IMG/VR virus record: IMGVR_UViG_3300049009_000899
Span: 1 to 55,314 of that record
Length of the DNA: 55,314 nucleotides
Source: a virus
Taxonomy: Duplodnaviria > Caudoviricetes
Strand: one strand, 5' to 3'
How positions within the stretch are numbered: the first letter of the stretch is position 1; every line of letters begins with the position of its first letter. A program made the position numbers and the translations under genes. Below are positions 27,655 to 36,318 of this stretch, piece after piece. A model generated the notes under the pieces. That model worked only from the letters and a program-made list of their open reading frames with translations. It was not told where the DNA came from and did no database searches.

Positions 27655-29202
27655 ATGGAAGATATTGTTTTAATCATTTTGGATGAGATCAAACACGAAA
27701 AGAATTGGCTGGTAGACTATCTCAAGGAAAAAAGACAGACCTGCCATCGAACATTCGTCTTCTTTCCGCATGAGTGGTCTAAAAAAAAAGAACAAATAAA
27801 CAGCCATTTGAAGTCCTACAGAAGTTCGGCGACAACATACTTTGCCAGAAAGTGTACGGTGAAGCAAATAGACAAAAAGATCATGCGTGTGTTTTGCGAC
27901 GCTTACCACATACAAGGATCCAACACACTTGCCGTAGTATGCTTCGGAATATTTCATAAGGATGAATTGTTAGGAGTTCTTTCTCTTGGCAGGCATCATC
28001 GAAACAAAGATGAGACTATACTCGACAGAATGTGTTTCAAATCAGACATCCGTGTGGTTGGTGGATCCAGCAAGATGTTCGCCTCGGCTGTTGCGTGGGC
28101 TGAAGAAAATCTTGTAGAAAGAATAACCAGCTACAGCGATAACAGATATAGTCTTGGAACGGTATACGAAAAGCTCAAATTCAAACTAGAAAGAGAACTT
28201 CCTCCAGACTACTTCTATGTTCACAAAGACGACATCAACAAGGTTCACAGTAAACAAAGCCAAAAGAAAGACAATGTGAACTGTCCGAGCCACATGACAG
28301 AGAAACAGTGGGCTTCAGAAAGAGGATTGCTTCAGGTTTTTGACGCCGGAAAGAAAAGATGGGCATATGAATTGAAATCCAGATCGAAAATAAAACTGAT
28401 AAGCAGAAGAAAGGGATACTACAAAACAGTCAAATCCATTCCCAATGTGATTTACTACCAGTCAAGTTACGAATTGAGAGCAGCCACGTTGTTAGACAAT
28501 GACGACAATGTCGACTACTACAAAACCCAAGTCAGATTCAATGTCGATGGGAGAGAAAGAATACTTGACTTCATGGTGACATACATCGGCGGACAAAGAT
28601 GCATAATAGAGGTAAAGCCGACCAGAAGGCTCCATGAGTTCAGAGAGCAAATAGAAGACAACAGAGTGATGGCAAAAAAGAACAATTGTGATTTTTTAAT
28701 CTGGACTGAATTTGAACTTGGCTTCAAATCGGAATATTTTGCAACAAAGTGGGCTGACGAATACATTGGCAGCCTTCAGTCGATTGATTTCGTTCAAGAA
28801 AGAAAAGAAAACAATCTATCCAAAGCTAAAAAATATTATCACAAAAACATAGCCAACGACAAGGTGACCGTGTTCTGCTCCTTCTGCCAGATGGACCACG
28901 CCCCGCTTCGGCTCACGCACGACAAGAACATCGCGAGGAACGGTCGCTACATATGCGAGCGAGAGGGCGGTCACATGGCGGGAAGCAGACCGAAGCCGCA
29001 CCTGCAGAAGGACAACCCGCACCTCGCCGACGGGAAGAAGGAGTGCCTGAAATGCAAGTTCATACTTGACCTGGCGGAGTTCGGCGTTGACAAGGGAAGA
29101 CGCGACGGATTCTCCAGCAGGTGCAAGAAATGCAGGGCTGCCTCGGCTACATCGAAATACCAATCCAAAACCAGAAAAGAAAATGAGGACAACAATATAT
29201 AG
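27655..29202 (+). CDS. Composite putative homing endonuclease: Hef/Mom-like GNAT-type domain + TnsA-like PD-(D/E)XK domain + C-terminal Zn finger
   Basis: FARKC...HIQG...VVGGSSKM...SYSDNRYS.G..Y; YQSSYE...DFMV...IIEVKP; CLKC...DGFSSRCKKC. Confidence 0.7.
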   Translation: MEDIVLIILDEIKHEKNWLVDYLKEKRQTCHRTFVFFPHEWSKKKEQINSHLKSYRSSATTYFARKCTVKQIDKKIMRVFCDAYHIQGSNTLAVVCFGIFHKDELLGVLSLGRHHRNKDETILDRMCFKSDIRVVGGSSKMFASAVAWAEENLVERITSYSDNRYSLGTVYEKLKFKLERELPPDYFYVHKDDINKVHSKQSQKKDNVNCPSHMTEKQWASERGLLQVFDAGKKRWAYELKSRSKIKLISRRKGYYKTVKSIPNVIYYQSSYELRAATLLDNDDNVDYYKTQVRFNVDGRERILDFMVTYIGGQRCIIEVKPTRRLHEFREQIEDNRVMAKKNNCDFLIWTEFELGFKSEYFATKWADEYIGSLQSIDFVQERKENNLSKAKKYYHKNIANDKVTVFCSFCQMDHAPLRLTHDKNIARNGRYICEREGGHMAGSRPKPHLQKDNPHLADGKKECLKCKFILDLAEFGVDKGRRDGFSSRCKKCRAASATSKYQSKTRKENEDNNI

Positions 29203-29228
29203 GAAAGGAAACAACAACAGGAGACACG

Positions 29229-29987
29229 ATGGATTTCAAGAAATGGATGGTGAAGCTCGAGCAGCTGGGATCCCCGGCTCCACAGACGGCGCAGGCGCAG
29301 CCGATGACCGCATATGCCCCCCAGGTGAACCCAGCCACCATCGGCACGGAACTGATGGACGAGAGAGCTATAGACGCCGTCTACGACAAGGCTAAATACT
29401 CCGTCAGGCTCGCCCAGATGTACGACAGGACCAAGAGCGACAAGGACAAGCTACTCCTCAACATAAGCACGATAGCGACCCTGGACCAGGGCGTGTACGG
29501 TCTCTACAACTCGGCTGAGAACAAGAAGGTCATAGACCAGTCGACCCTGGGGAGGCTGAGGATGGTCTTCGGCGACGACGTCGTGTCCAACCACAAGCTC
29601 GACTCCCTTCCCATGAGCGTAGTGAGGCAGGTGATAAAGCAGCGAGCCCCGGACCTGGACGTCAGGAAGATAAAGGTGGCGAACCCGATACACGTCAACG
29701 TGAGGCAGCACCTGGCGAAGCATGGCGACACACTGGAAGCCGTCCTCGAGCTGGCTTCGACCATAATCCACGAGGCTAGGCACGACTGGGAGAGGCAGAA
29801 CTACGGGAAGACCGACGAGTCCGGTCCGAAGATGGAGGAGGGAAAGTTCATGAGCTGGTGGAACAAGAACAGGGATTCCATAACGCGCCAGATGCCGCCG
29901 CAGTTCGCCGCTCTCAAGAGTTCGAGTTCCATGCTGGCTACTCCCGGGATGCCTGTGGCGGCACCCGGATTGGCTCAGCCGACCTAA
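29229..29987 (+). CDS. HExxH-containing putative metalloprotease with CTS-like N-terminus
   Basis: ASTIIHEARHD followed by E; starts MDFKKWMVKLE. Confidence 0.6.
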   Translation: MDFKKWMVKLEQLGSPAPQTAQAQPMTAYAPQVNPATIGTELMDERAIDAVYDKAKYSVRLAQMYDRTKSDKDKLLLNISTIATLDQGVYGLYNSAENKKVIDQSTLGRLRMVFGDDVVSNHKLDSLPMSVVRQVIKQRAPDLDVRKIKVANPIHVNVRQHLAKHGDTLEAVLELASTIIHEARHDWERQNYGKTDESGPKMEEGKFMSWWNKNRDSITRQMPPQFAALKSSSSMLATPGMPVAAPGLAQPT

Positions 29988-29988
29988 G

Positions 29989-30348
29989 TCAGTTTGCGCT
30001 TTTCTTCTCCTGGACTTCCTTGTTCAGAACCTTCACGTACAGCACATAGACGAACACGCTGGTTATCACGAACTCCAGCGAAGTTCCGACGATCTTTCCT
30101 ACCTCGAACTCCATGTTGTCGACGGGTACGAAAACGAGGCTTCTCCAGTTCCCGCCGGTCTCGTTGACCAGGTAGTTTATGAACGGCATGAGGAGCGACT
30201 CGGATATGGACGAGACGAGCCTCTGCGCGGTGTTCGCGAACAGTAGGGTCAGAGCCATCGCCATGAAGTTTCCGGAGAACGCGAATTTGGCGTAGGAGTC
30301 GAACTCCCGCTTCACGTGTTCCTTGCTGATGAAATTTTTTTCTTCCAT
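29989..30348 (-). CDS. mscL: MscL-like large-conductance mechanosensitive channel
   Basis: EFDSYAKFAFSGNFMAMALTLLFANTAQRLVSSISESLLMPFI resembles MscL TM1 (F..RGN...LA.......LV.S....IIMP); second TM GKIVGTSLEFVITSVFVY. Confidence 0.7.
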   Translation of the reverse strand: MEEKNFISKEHVKREFDSYAKFAFSGNFMAMALTLLFANTAQRLVSSISESLLMPFINYLVNETGGNWRSLVFVPVDNMEFEVGKIVGTSLEFVITSVFVYVLYVKVLNKEVQEKKSAN

Positions 30349-30413
30349 GTCAATATCCGAGACAGAGTACATATATACATAAAATAGTGTCGATGACAAA
30401 GTATGGAGGTGAA

Positions 30414-30773
30414 ATGAGAAAAATGATTTTTGTTGTTTTCGCGTCAACCCTGCTTGCCGTCGGTTGCGGCAGGCTCAGGGAAGGGTCGGTCGACAGGGAG
30501 TACAGTGGATTCCCAAGAACCGCGTCCAAGGAAAAGACCGGTATGTTCTTCAACACGAGCCTGTGCGTGACGACCGACGAGGTCCTCAAAATCAAGCCGT
30601 GCGCCATGACCACGAAGGTCAGCGAGAGCTTCTACAGGGGATACCAGGACAGCATCTACGGAAGGAAGGTGAAGCTGTTCGGCAAGGACACCGAATACCA
30701 GTCGGGCTACGAGCTTGGCGAGGACGACAAGAAAAGCAAGTCCTCGGCGAGGAAGATAGAGGTATCGAGATGA
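30414..30773 (+). CDS. Lipoprotein
   Basis: GGAGGT RBS; MRKMIFVVFASTLLAVG-C lipobox. Confidence 0.7.
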   Translation: MRKMIFVVFASTLLAVGCGRLREGSVDREYSGFPRTASKEKTGMFFNTSLCVTTDEVLKIKPCAMTTKVSESFYRGYQDSIYGRKVKLFGKDTEYQSGYELGEDDKKSKSSARKIEVSR

Positions 30774-31180
30774 CGGGATTCGCGGAATGGCTTGAGATGA
30801 GCGAGGGGAAGGACGCCTGCTACCACAAGGTCAAGTCGAGATACAAGAAATGGCCGAGCGCTTACGCGTCCGGCGCGCTGGTGAAGTGCAGGAAGGTAGG
30901 CGCCGGGAATTGGGGCGAGTCGGATTCGGTGTCGGAAGGCACGTTCGGTCTCGAGAACGAGCGCGGTCTCCGCGGCTGGTTCGACAGGAACAGGGGAAAG
31001 GGCTGGATAGACTGCAAGGCGAGCAAGAAGGGAAAGCTTGTCCCGTGCGGGAGGGAAAAGGCTGGCAAGGGCTCGGAAAGGGCTTACCCGGCTTGCAGAC
31101 CGACATTGGGCGCGTGCACGAAGGTCGGGGTGAAAAGGAAGAAAGGAAAGAAAAATATCTCTTGGAAAAAGGAAAAATAA
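30770..31180 (+). CDS. Basic Cys-containing phage protein with CTS-like N-terminus
   Basis: ATGA overlap; MTGFAEWLEMSE; KDACYHKVKSRY..WPSAYASGALVKCRK and PCGR...YPACRP motifs of a type seen in aquatic T4-like phages. Confidence 0.7.
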   Translation: MTGFAEWLEMSEGKDACYHKVKSRYKKWPSAYASGALVKCRKVGAGNWGESDSVSEGTFGLENERGLRGWFDRNRGKGWIDCKASKKGKLVPCGREKAGKGSERAYPACRPTLGACTKVGVKRKKGKKNISWKKEK

Positions 31181-31181
31181 A

Positions 31182-31559
31182 ATGTTTGACAAAAAAAACC
31201 CGAACTACAAGCTTTACCTCGCCGGGGTCATCAGCGAGAGCCAGTACATGGACCTGTGTGAACTCGGGCAAGTCGATCCGTTCAGTAAAGCCATGAACCC
31301 GACAACAAAAGCACTCGAGACGCAGCCTCCAGGCGTCATCACCGGGGATGATCCTGAGGTAGACGAGAAAAAAGAACAATTGCGCTTAGGAGCTGCAAAA
31401 ACCGGCTACGACATGTTCCTCAAGAATCTGCGTGATATGTCAGCCAAAAGTTCAATCGCACTCCTTAATGATTTTCTGCCACAATTCCTTTCGCACACGA
31501 AAGTACAAGACGGAACAATCAAAACAATGATGTTAACAGCCTTGACGCAAAGAAAATAA
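31182..31559 (+). CDS. Hypothetical protein (paralogous N-terminus with the next gene)
   Basis: NYKLYLAGVISESQY. Confidence 0.65.
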   Translation: MFDKKNPNYKLYLAGVISESQYMDLCELGQVDPFSKAMNPTTKALETQPPGVITGDDPEVDEKKEQLRLGAAKTGYDMFLKNLRDMSAKSSIALLNDFLPQFLSHTKVQDGTIKTMMLTALTQRK

Positions 31560-31584
31560 CTATAACCACAACAGGAAAACTACG

Positions 31585-32202
31585 ATGCTGAACAAGAATA
31601 GCGACAGTTACAAGCTCTACCTTGCTGGGATCATAACGGAGAACCAGTACTACGACATCATGGACCCGAAGCCCAAGGTGGAGGTTTCCGACGACGGCAA
31701 CGACATGCTGAAGCGCAACCTGAAGGACATAAAGGAATACGCCGAACTCATCCTGTCTATGATGGACGAGCATGACCAGCTGGAAGAATGGATGGAGAAC
31801 AAGATATCGGTATGCAGATCAAACATATCCGACGTGGCGCACGCGTTCAAGCACGACAAGGAGGAGGATGCCGAGGACGCGGCTTCATCGTGCGGAGGCG
31901 GAGGCGGTAGCGTGAGGGTCATCTCGATGGAGTCCACCGAGCATGGCGAAGGCGAAGACAAGTGGGACAGGGAGGGGCGACTGATGGACGCAGCCAACTC
32001 CGTGATGTCCAAGGTTGGCGAGAGGATCGACAGCGGCGAGTTCGAGCATCCCGAGTGGACCGATTCGGGAAGCCTGCCGGAGTTCCTGCGCCATCACGGC
32101 GAGGGAGACCCGGAAGGCATGAAGAGCCACCTCGAGGACATAGCCGGGGAAATCCCTTCCGACCTCGGCAAGGAACTTCTGGAGAAGATCAGGGACATCT
32201 GA
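31585..32202 (+). CDS. Acidic hypothetical protein (paralogous N-terminus with the previous gene)
   Basis: SYKLYLAGIITENQY; LEEWMENKIS motif. Confidence 0.7.
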   Translation: MLNKNSDSYKLYLAGIITENQYYDIMDPKPKVEVSDDGNDMLKRNLKDIKEYAELILSMMDEHDQLEEWMENKISVCRSNISDVAHAFKHDKEEDAEDAASSCGGGGGSVRVISMESTEHGEGEDKWDREGRLMDAANSVMSKVGERIDSGEFEHPEWTDSGSLPEFLRHHGEGDPEGMKSHLEDIAGEIPSDLGKELLEKIRDI

Positions 32203-32203
32203 C

Positions 32204-32542
32204 TCATATCTCCCTGTTGAACTCGAGATAGACCTTCTGCTTGATCTTGCCGGAGACGAATACCTTTTTGGCGTTGTTGTTGTAGACCACCATTCCGTCC
32301 ACCTTTCCCTCGATGCCCTCGTGGACTTCGCATATGATCTTGAGGATCGAGCTCTTGTCCCTGCATATCTCGCTGTCCCACGCCACGTCGTTCTTGCCGC
32401 ATTTCGTGGTCACGATGACGGACTGGATGGTAGCCTGCGGCTCTGGCATCTTCCTTGTCTTCTTGTAGATGTACAGGATGAACACCTTGGAGACGTTGAG
32501 CCTGTCAAGAAGTTCCCAAACCTTTTCGATATTGTCGATCAT
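32204..32542 (-). CDS. Hypothetical protein
   Basis: 112-aa ORF with GGGGGTG RBS-like element. Confidence 0.55.
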   Translation of the reverse strand: MIDNIEKVWELLDRLNVSKVFILYIYKKTRKMPEPQATIQSVIVTTKCGKNDVAWDSEICRDKSSILKIICEVHEGIEGKVDGMVVYNNNAKKVFVSGKIKQKVYLEFNREI

Positions 32543-32575
32543 GTTATCACCCCCGCAAGTATCTATTGAAACGGA

Positions 32576-32821
32576 ATGGTTTCCTGGTTACAATCGCGGG
32601 ATGTCGATGGAATTTTTGTGACTTTAAAGGATGAAGCCATGACGGAAAACGAAGCGATCAACCGAAAAACCAGGAAATGCGATATCCACGGGAATTTCTC
32701 GGGATGGGGATGCAGGTCGTGCGAGAGGGATCTGGTGAGGCGGATCAGGGAGGAATACGAGAGGAAGCTGAGCGAGAAGGAGAGGGCTGATATCGAAGCC
32801 ATATGGCGGACGGCGCTTTGA
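32576..32821 (+). CDS. Small hypothetical protein (CxxH...CxxC)
   Basis: KCDIHG...GCRSC; start uncertain (may be 32639). Confidence 0.5.
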   Translation: MVSWLQSRDVDGIFVTLKDEAMTENEAINRKTRKCDIHGNFSGWGCRSCERDLVRRIREEYERKLSEKERADIEAIWRTAL

Positions 32822-32823
32822 CG

Positions 32824-33261
32824 CTATTTACCCAGCAGGTCTTCCAGACCGAAGTGTACGGTGGACACCCTTGCCGACCTTATCTCCTCCACCATGGACT
32901 TGATCTCGTCGCGCCTTTTGACGTAGAAGTCGAACCCGTTGCTGACCTGGACATCGTTGGGGAGGTTGTGGTCGCCGAACACGAACATGCCGCACAGGCG
33001 GTATATGCTGTTGTTTCCGGACATCCTCTCTTCGACCTTTGCCCTGCAGTAGGACATTATCTGGTCGTTCGTTATGACCGACTGCGATTCCAGGGACTCG
33101 AGGTCTATGGACTTCGACATCTTCGCCAAATCCACGACCTTGAGCTTGATGTCGATGTCGACTTGGTCCGAATTTATCTCGAGGTGGATGCTCTCGCCCT
33201 TGAACATCTCGTGGTAGAGGTGGAGTTTATCGCTGTAATATAGGCTGGATTTCGTGCTCAT
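32824..33261 (-). CDS. Hypothetical protein
   Basis: 145-aa ORF coupled to the upstream gene. Confidence 0.6.
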   Translation of the reverse strand: MSTKSSLYYSDKLHLYHEMFKGESIHLEINSDQVDIDIKLKVVDLAKMSKSIDLESLESQSVITNDQIMSYCRAKVEERMSGNNSIYRLCGMFVFGDHNLPNDVQVSNGFDFYVKRRDEIKSMVEEIRSARVSTVHFGLEDLLGK

Positions 33262-33518
33262 CAGCTGGCTTCCTCCTGGTCGTACAGGCTTTCCGGGACT
33301 ATCGGTTCGGCATCCTCGACTATGAGTTTGACACCGTTTCCCTCGGCGTCCGAGAGCATCATCCTTATCGAGCCGACGACCTCCTCGGGGGAGTCTCCGA
33401 CGACTATGGGGCTGTTCCCGTAGGAAGTCTCCCCGCCGACGTCATAGACCTCATGTAGCGCGTAGTAGTCGCGACTGCTGTTCCTGTGGAATATTATGCC
33501 GTATTTCCAAGTGCCCAT
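33261..33518 (-). CDS. Hypothetical phage protein (TWKYGII...YALHEVY)
   Basis: Start moved to MGTWKY to avoid overlap with the LAGLIDADG-like gene. Confidence 0.6.
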   Translation of the reverse strand: MGTWKYGIIFHRNSSRDYYALHEVYDVGGETSYGNSPIVVGDSPEEVVGSIRMMLSDAEGNGVKLIVEDAEPIVPESLYDQEEAS

Positions 33519-33534
33519 TTTAACGCCCATCCTG

Positions 33535-34101
33535 TCAGTCTTTTGCCAAGAAGTTCGGGATCCTGTGCGCGAATGTTTTAAGATACTCTTGCGCGCCCTT
33601 GTTGTCAAACACTATCTCGAATCTTTCCTTCTGCTTTTTTATGGAGCAGGTGCAGTCGAGTGAGTTGAAGTAGTCGGCTATGATCTGCGTGCCTTCCTCG
33701 CCGAATTTCTGGGTCCTCAGGTACACCTTCCTCTTGCTCTTCCTGCCGGAGTCCACGTACCAAACCATCCAGGCTAGGTCGTTGAGCGACTCCAGTATCT
33801 CCTTCGTGATGATCTTCTTGCCGTCCTTGTAGAACTTCCTGTATATGGAGTTGAAGCACGGGTAGGCTATGGAATAGCACCTGTACGTGTTCTTGTCCTT
33901 CTTCACCGTGTTGCTGTCCATCTTGAACATGTCCTGGAGCTCGTTTATCTTGTAGGAAAGCCAGTTCAGGTCGCTGTCCCGCATGGCTAGGTAGCAGTTC
34001 CTGCCGTAGGTCGGGTTGACGATCGACGATCCTCCTATAATTGTTCCGTACAGTATTTGCGTCTGGAACGACTTGATCTCAGGGCTGTTTTCATAGGTCA
34101 T
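33535..34101 (-). CDS. LAGLIDADG_2-like protein with degenerate catalytic motifs
   Basis: ILYGTIIGGSSI (vs LLGDG), WLSYK, YKDGKKII, LAWMVWYVDSG (vs WYMDDG), LRTQKF (vs LxTxxF); start moved to MTYENS. Confidence 0.75.
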   Translation of the reverse strand: MTYENSPEIKSFQTQILYGTIIGGSSIVNPTYGRNCYLAMRDSDLNWLSYKINELQDMFKMDSNTVKKDKNTYRCYSIAYPCFNSIYRKFYKDGKKIITKEILESLNDLAWMVWYVDSGRKSKRKVYLRTQKFGEEGTQIIADYFNSLDCTCSIKKQKERFEIVFDNKGAQEYLKTFAHRIPNFLAKD

Positions 34102-34209
34102 GAAGGTATATATATTTTTCGCAATATTTATTCCGTTGGATTGCAACAAAAAGATCCACGAATCGTATCTATATCGGTTAAATTTCACCTTAATTCCAAG
34201 GAGGCTATT

Positions 34210-34608
34210 ATGGGTGCTACTAGCGTAACGGGCGTAGGTCAAGGTTCCGCGAGCAAAGTTGGACCGGCAATAAAGAACATCACCATCAACGATCCATATA
34301 TCATCATGTCCGGTAATTGTGACACTTCCGTTGATATAGGCAGTGGTAACTGGCAAGCGTTGATACAATTTCCAGAATTGCCACTCGGACCAGAACATTA
34401 TTCTGTTTTCGTAATTCAATCCGATGATGGCAACGATGATGGTCGTGGGAATGGTTCGCCACACATCGAAAAGCTCGATTCAGAAGGCAACAACAAAGAC
34501 GATGGTTTCGAGACTGGATTTGGTGGCTTCATACTTCATACAGCCGATGAAGATGAACGCACATTCATGTACATGGTCGTTAAAAACGGCATGAACGTAA
34601 GAAAGTAA
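34210..34608 (+). CDS. MGA-motif protein 1 (putative virion decoration/fibre-like)
   Basis: AGGAGG RBS; starts MGATSVTGVGQGSA. Confidence 0.7.
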   Translation: MGATSVTGVGQGSASKVGPAIKNITINDPYIIMSGNCDTSVDIGSGNWQALIQFPELPLGPEHYSVFVIQSDDGNDDGRGNGSPHIEKLDSEGNNKDDGFETGFGGFILHTADEDERTFMYMVVKNGMNVRK

Positions 34609-34618
34609 TTTGACCTTT

Positions 34619-34652
34619 AATTCCCAGCGTGGAGTTATCCACGCTGGGAATT
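34619..34652. terminator. Perfect 15-bp stem hairpin
   Basis: aattcccagcgtgga-gtta-tccacgctgggaatt; no clear U-tail. Confidence 0.6.
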
Positions 34653-34736
34653 CCCATATACGCAAGATAACTTAGTCTTTATGTTAAGCTAAGTTTATTG
34701 TGGTTGGTTTTTTTTACATACAAAAAGGAGATTATT

Positions 34737-35300
34737 ATGGGAGCTACATCAACAGAAGGAAGGGGACAAGGTTCTGCGTCAAACATCAAGCCATTGGTTC
34801 TTAATGGTTCTGTGAAAACAGTGAACATTGAGCCAAACGCTGTGACCGCAGCGAAGCTCGATAACAACGCATTGTCAAAAGCGCCATTCGTTCTTGATAT
34901 TGCGACAATAACTCTTGATTCTAGCAAAGCTGGAATTCCTTTGGTTTTCACTAGAGCAGCAGGTGTTGTCGTTACTCTTCCAGCAGCTACTGGAACTGGC
35001 GACATTTATAAGTTTTATGTCAACACCACTGTAACCAGCAACAGCTACAAGATTCAAGTAGCCAATGCAACGGACATTATTTCTGGTTTGGCTCTTGCCG
35101 ATGATGGAGATGGCGAGCCAGCAAATGGTTGGGCAACTACTTCAAGTACTGATACCATTACAATGGATGGATCTACTCAAGGCGGCGTCAAAGGCGACAG
35201 TCTTGAGATAGTAGACATCGCTTCTGGTCAGTTCTGCGTAAAGGCATTCCTTACGAATAGCGGTACTGAAGCGACTCCTTTCAGCGCGGCAGTTTCTTAA
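34737..35300 (+). CDS. MGA-motif protein 2 (putative virion decoration/fibre-like)
   Basis: AAGGAG RBS; starts MGATSTEGRGQGSA; AVTAAKLD and VTLPAATGTG..Y.F motifs typical of phage fibre/decoration proteins. Confidence 0.75.
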   Translation: MGATSTEGRGQGSASNIKPLVLNGSVKTVNIEPNAVTAAKLDNNALSKAPFVLDIATITLDSSKAGIPLVFTRAAGVVVTLPAATGTGDIYKFYVNTTVTSNSYKIQVANATDIISGLALADDGDGEPANGWATTSSTDTITMDGSTQGGVKGDSLEIVDIASGQFCVKAFLTNSGTEATPFSAAVS

Positions 35301-35309
35301 TTTCAATTA

Positions 35310-35351
35310 GGTCTGCGTCTTGGCTTCCGTCAAGACGCAGACCGTTTTTTT
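35310..35351 (+). terminator. Intrinsic terminator
   Basis: ggtctgcgtcttg-gcttccgt-caagacgcagacc followed by a T run. Confidence 0.85.
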
Positions 35352-35434
35352 ATGATTCAAAAAAAAGACAATGCAGCTTTTGATGCATTGTCTTTTTTTT
35401 GTCCATATGGTCTACATACCATAGAGGTGAAAAA

Positions 35435-35770
35435 ATGGGAGCTTCAAGCGTTACTGGAATAGGGAATGGTTCTGCGCTCAAGGGAAACATGGAGATGTCC
35501 AAGGTCCCATTGAGCATAACGAACCTGGTCGGACCCAAAATAGCCGCTGCCGGAAAAGAATCCATGAGTGAGAGCGAAATTGCCGTCGAGTTTCCGGCGC
35601 CTTCGGGGAACATCAGGGAATATGCCGTGTTCCTCCAATCGAGCGACGCCGGAGGGGCTCACCTGTCCAGGGATCTCGGCATGGTCGATGGCTCGAACTG
35701 GGGGTTCTCCATCTTTTCCGCCAAAAAGTCCTCAGTCAGCTGGATGGTGGTGAAGCTAGGTCTGGCTTAA
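35435..35770 (+). CDS. MGA-motif protein 3
   Basis: GAGGTG RBS; starts MGASSVTGIGNGSA; C-terminal WMVVK parallels YMVVK of protein 1. Confidence 0.7.
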   Translation: MGASSVTGIGNGSALKGNMEMSKVPLSITNLVGPKIAAAGKESMSESEIAVEFPAPSGNIREYAVFLQSSDAGGAHLSRDLGMVDGSNWGFSIFSAKKSSVSWMVVKLGLA

Positions 35771-36318
35771 TCGTCCTTGTCCTTGAACTTGAGATGCTTG
35801 TCGGACCATTCTATCGCCATGTGCAGACCCCTTGCCAGCAGACCAACCAGATGCGTCGGGTTTCCGTTGCCCTCTATCGATATGTTGTCCTTGCTGTTGT
35901 CTTCCATCCACACGAAGGCGAAGGTGAGGTTCTTCCTTTTCTTCAGTTCCTTCGAGATCTGCTTTATGGTTACCAGCGAAAGGTCCGGTATGCCGGAACT
36001 GTCGTATTTCGGCATCTTGCTCAGTTCGACGTATTTCCTTATCTTCGCCGAGAATATCTTTATTTGTTTTTCCTTCTGGTCATGGAAGACAAGCTGGTAA
36101 GCCGTCTTTTCCTGGTCGATGGGATGCGTCATCGGCATCATCTTGACTATGCTGTCGTTCGATATCTCGTCGACGAGAGCGGTCATGAACGCCACCGAAT
36201 GCTCGGAGTCGCACGAGAACAAAACCCAGGTCGTAGGTTCTGATTCGCTCTGTATTACGGATAATCCGTCCAACCCGGAAATCTCGTCTATGAAAGACTG
36301 GAAATTGTTTTTCATCAT
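35767..36318 (-). CDS. Hypothetical protein
   Basis: 183-aa ORF coupled to the SWIM gene. Confidence 0.65.
   Translation of the reverse strand: MMKNNFQSFIDEISGLDGLSVIQSESEPTTWVLFSCDSEHSVAFMTALVDEISNDSIVKMMPMTHPIDQEKTAYQLVFHDQKEKQIKIFSAKIRKYVELSKMPKYDSSGIPDLSLVTIKQISKELKKRKNLTFAFVWMEDNSKDNISIEGNGNPTHLVGLLARGLHMAIEWSDKHLKFKDKDD

Noticed and set aside
27655-29202. Tn7-like transposon because of the TnsA-like domain
   Set aside because: No TnsB/TnsC genes or terminal repeats seen; TnsA-like domains occur as free-standing phage endonucleases
33535-34464. Long 5' extensions given by the ORF track (also 4948, 10539, 14606, 30447, 30464, 40053, 49582)
   Set aside because: They overlap neighbouring genes or promoters; downstream ATGs with an RBS or at domain starts are more plausible
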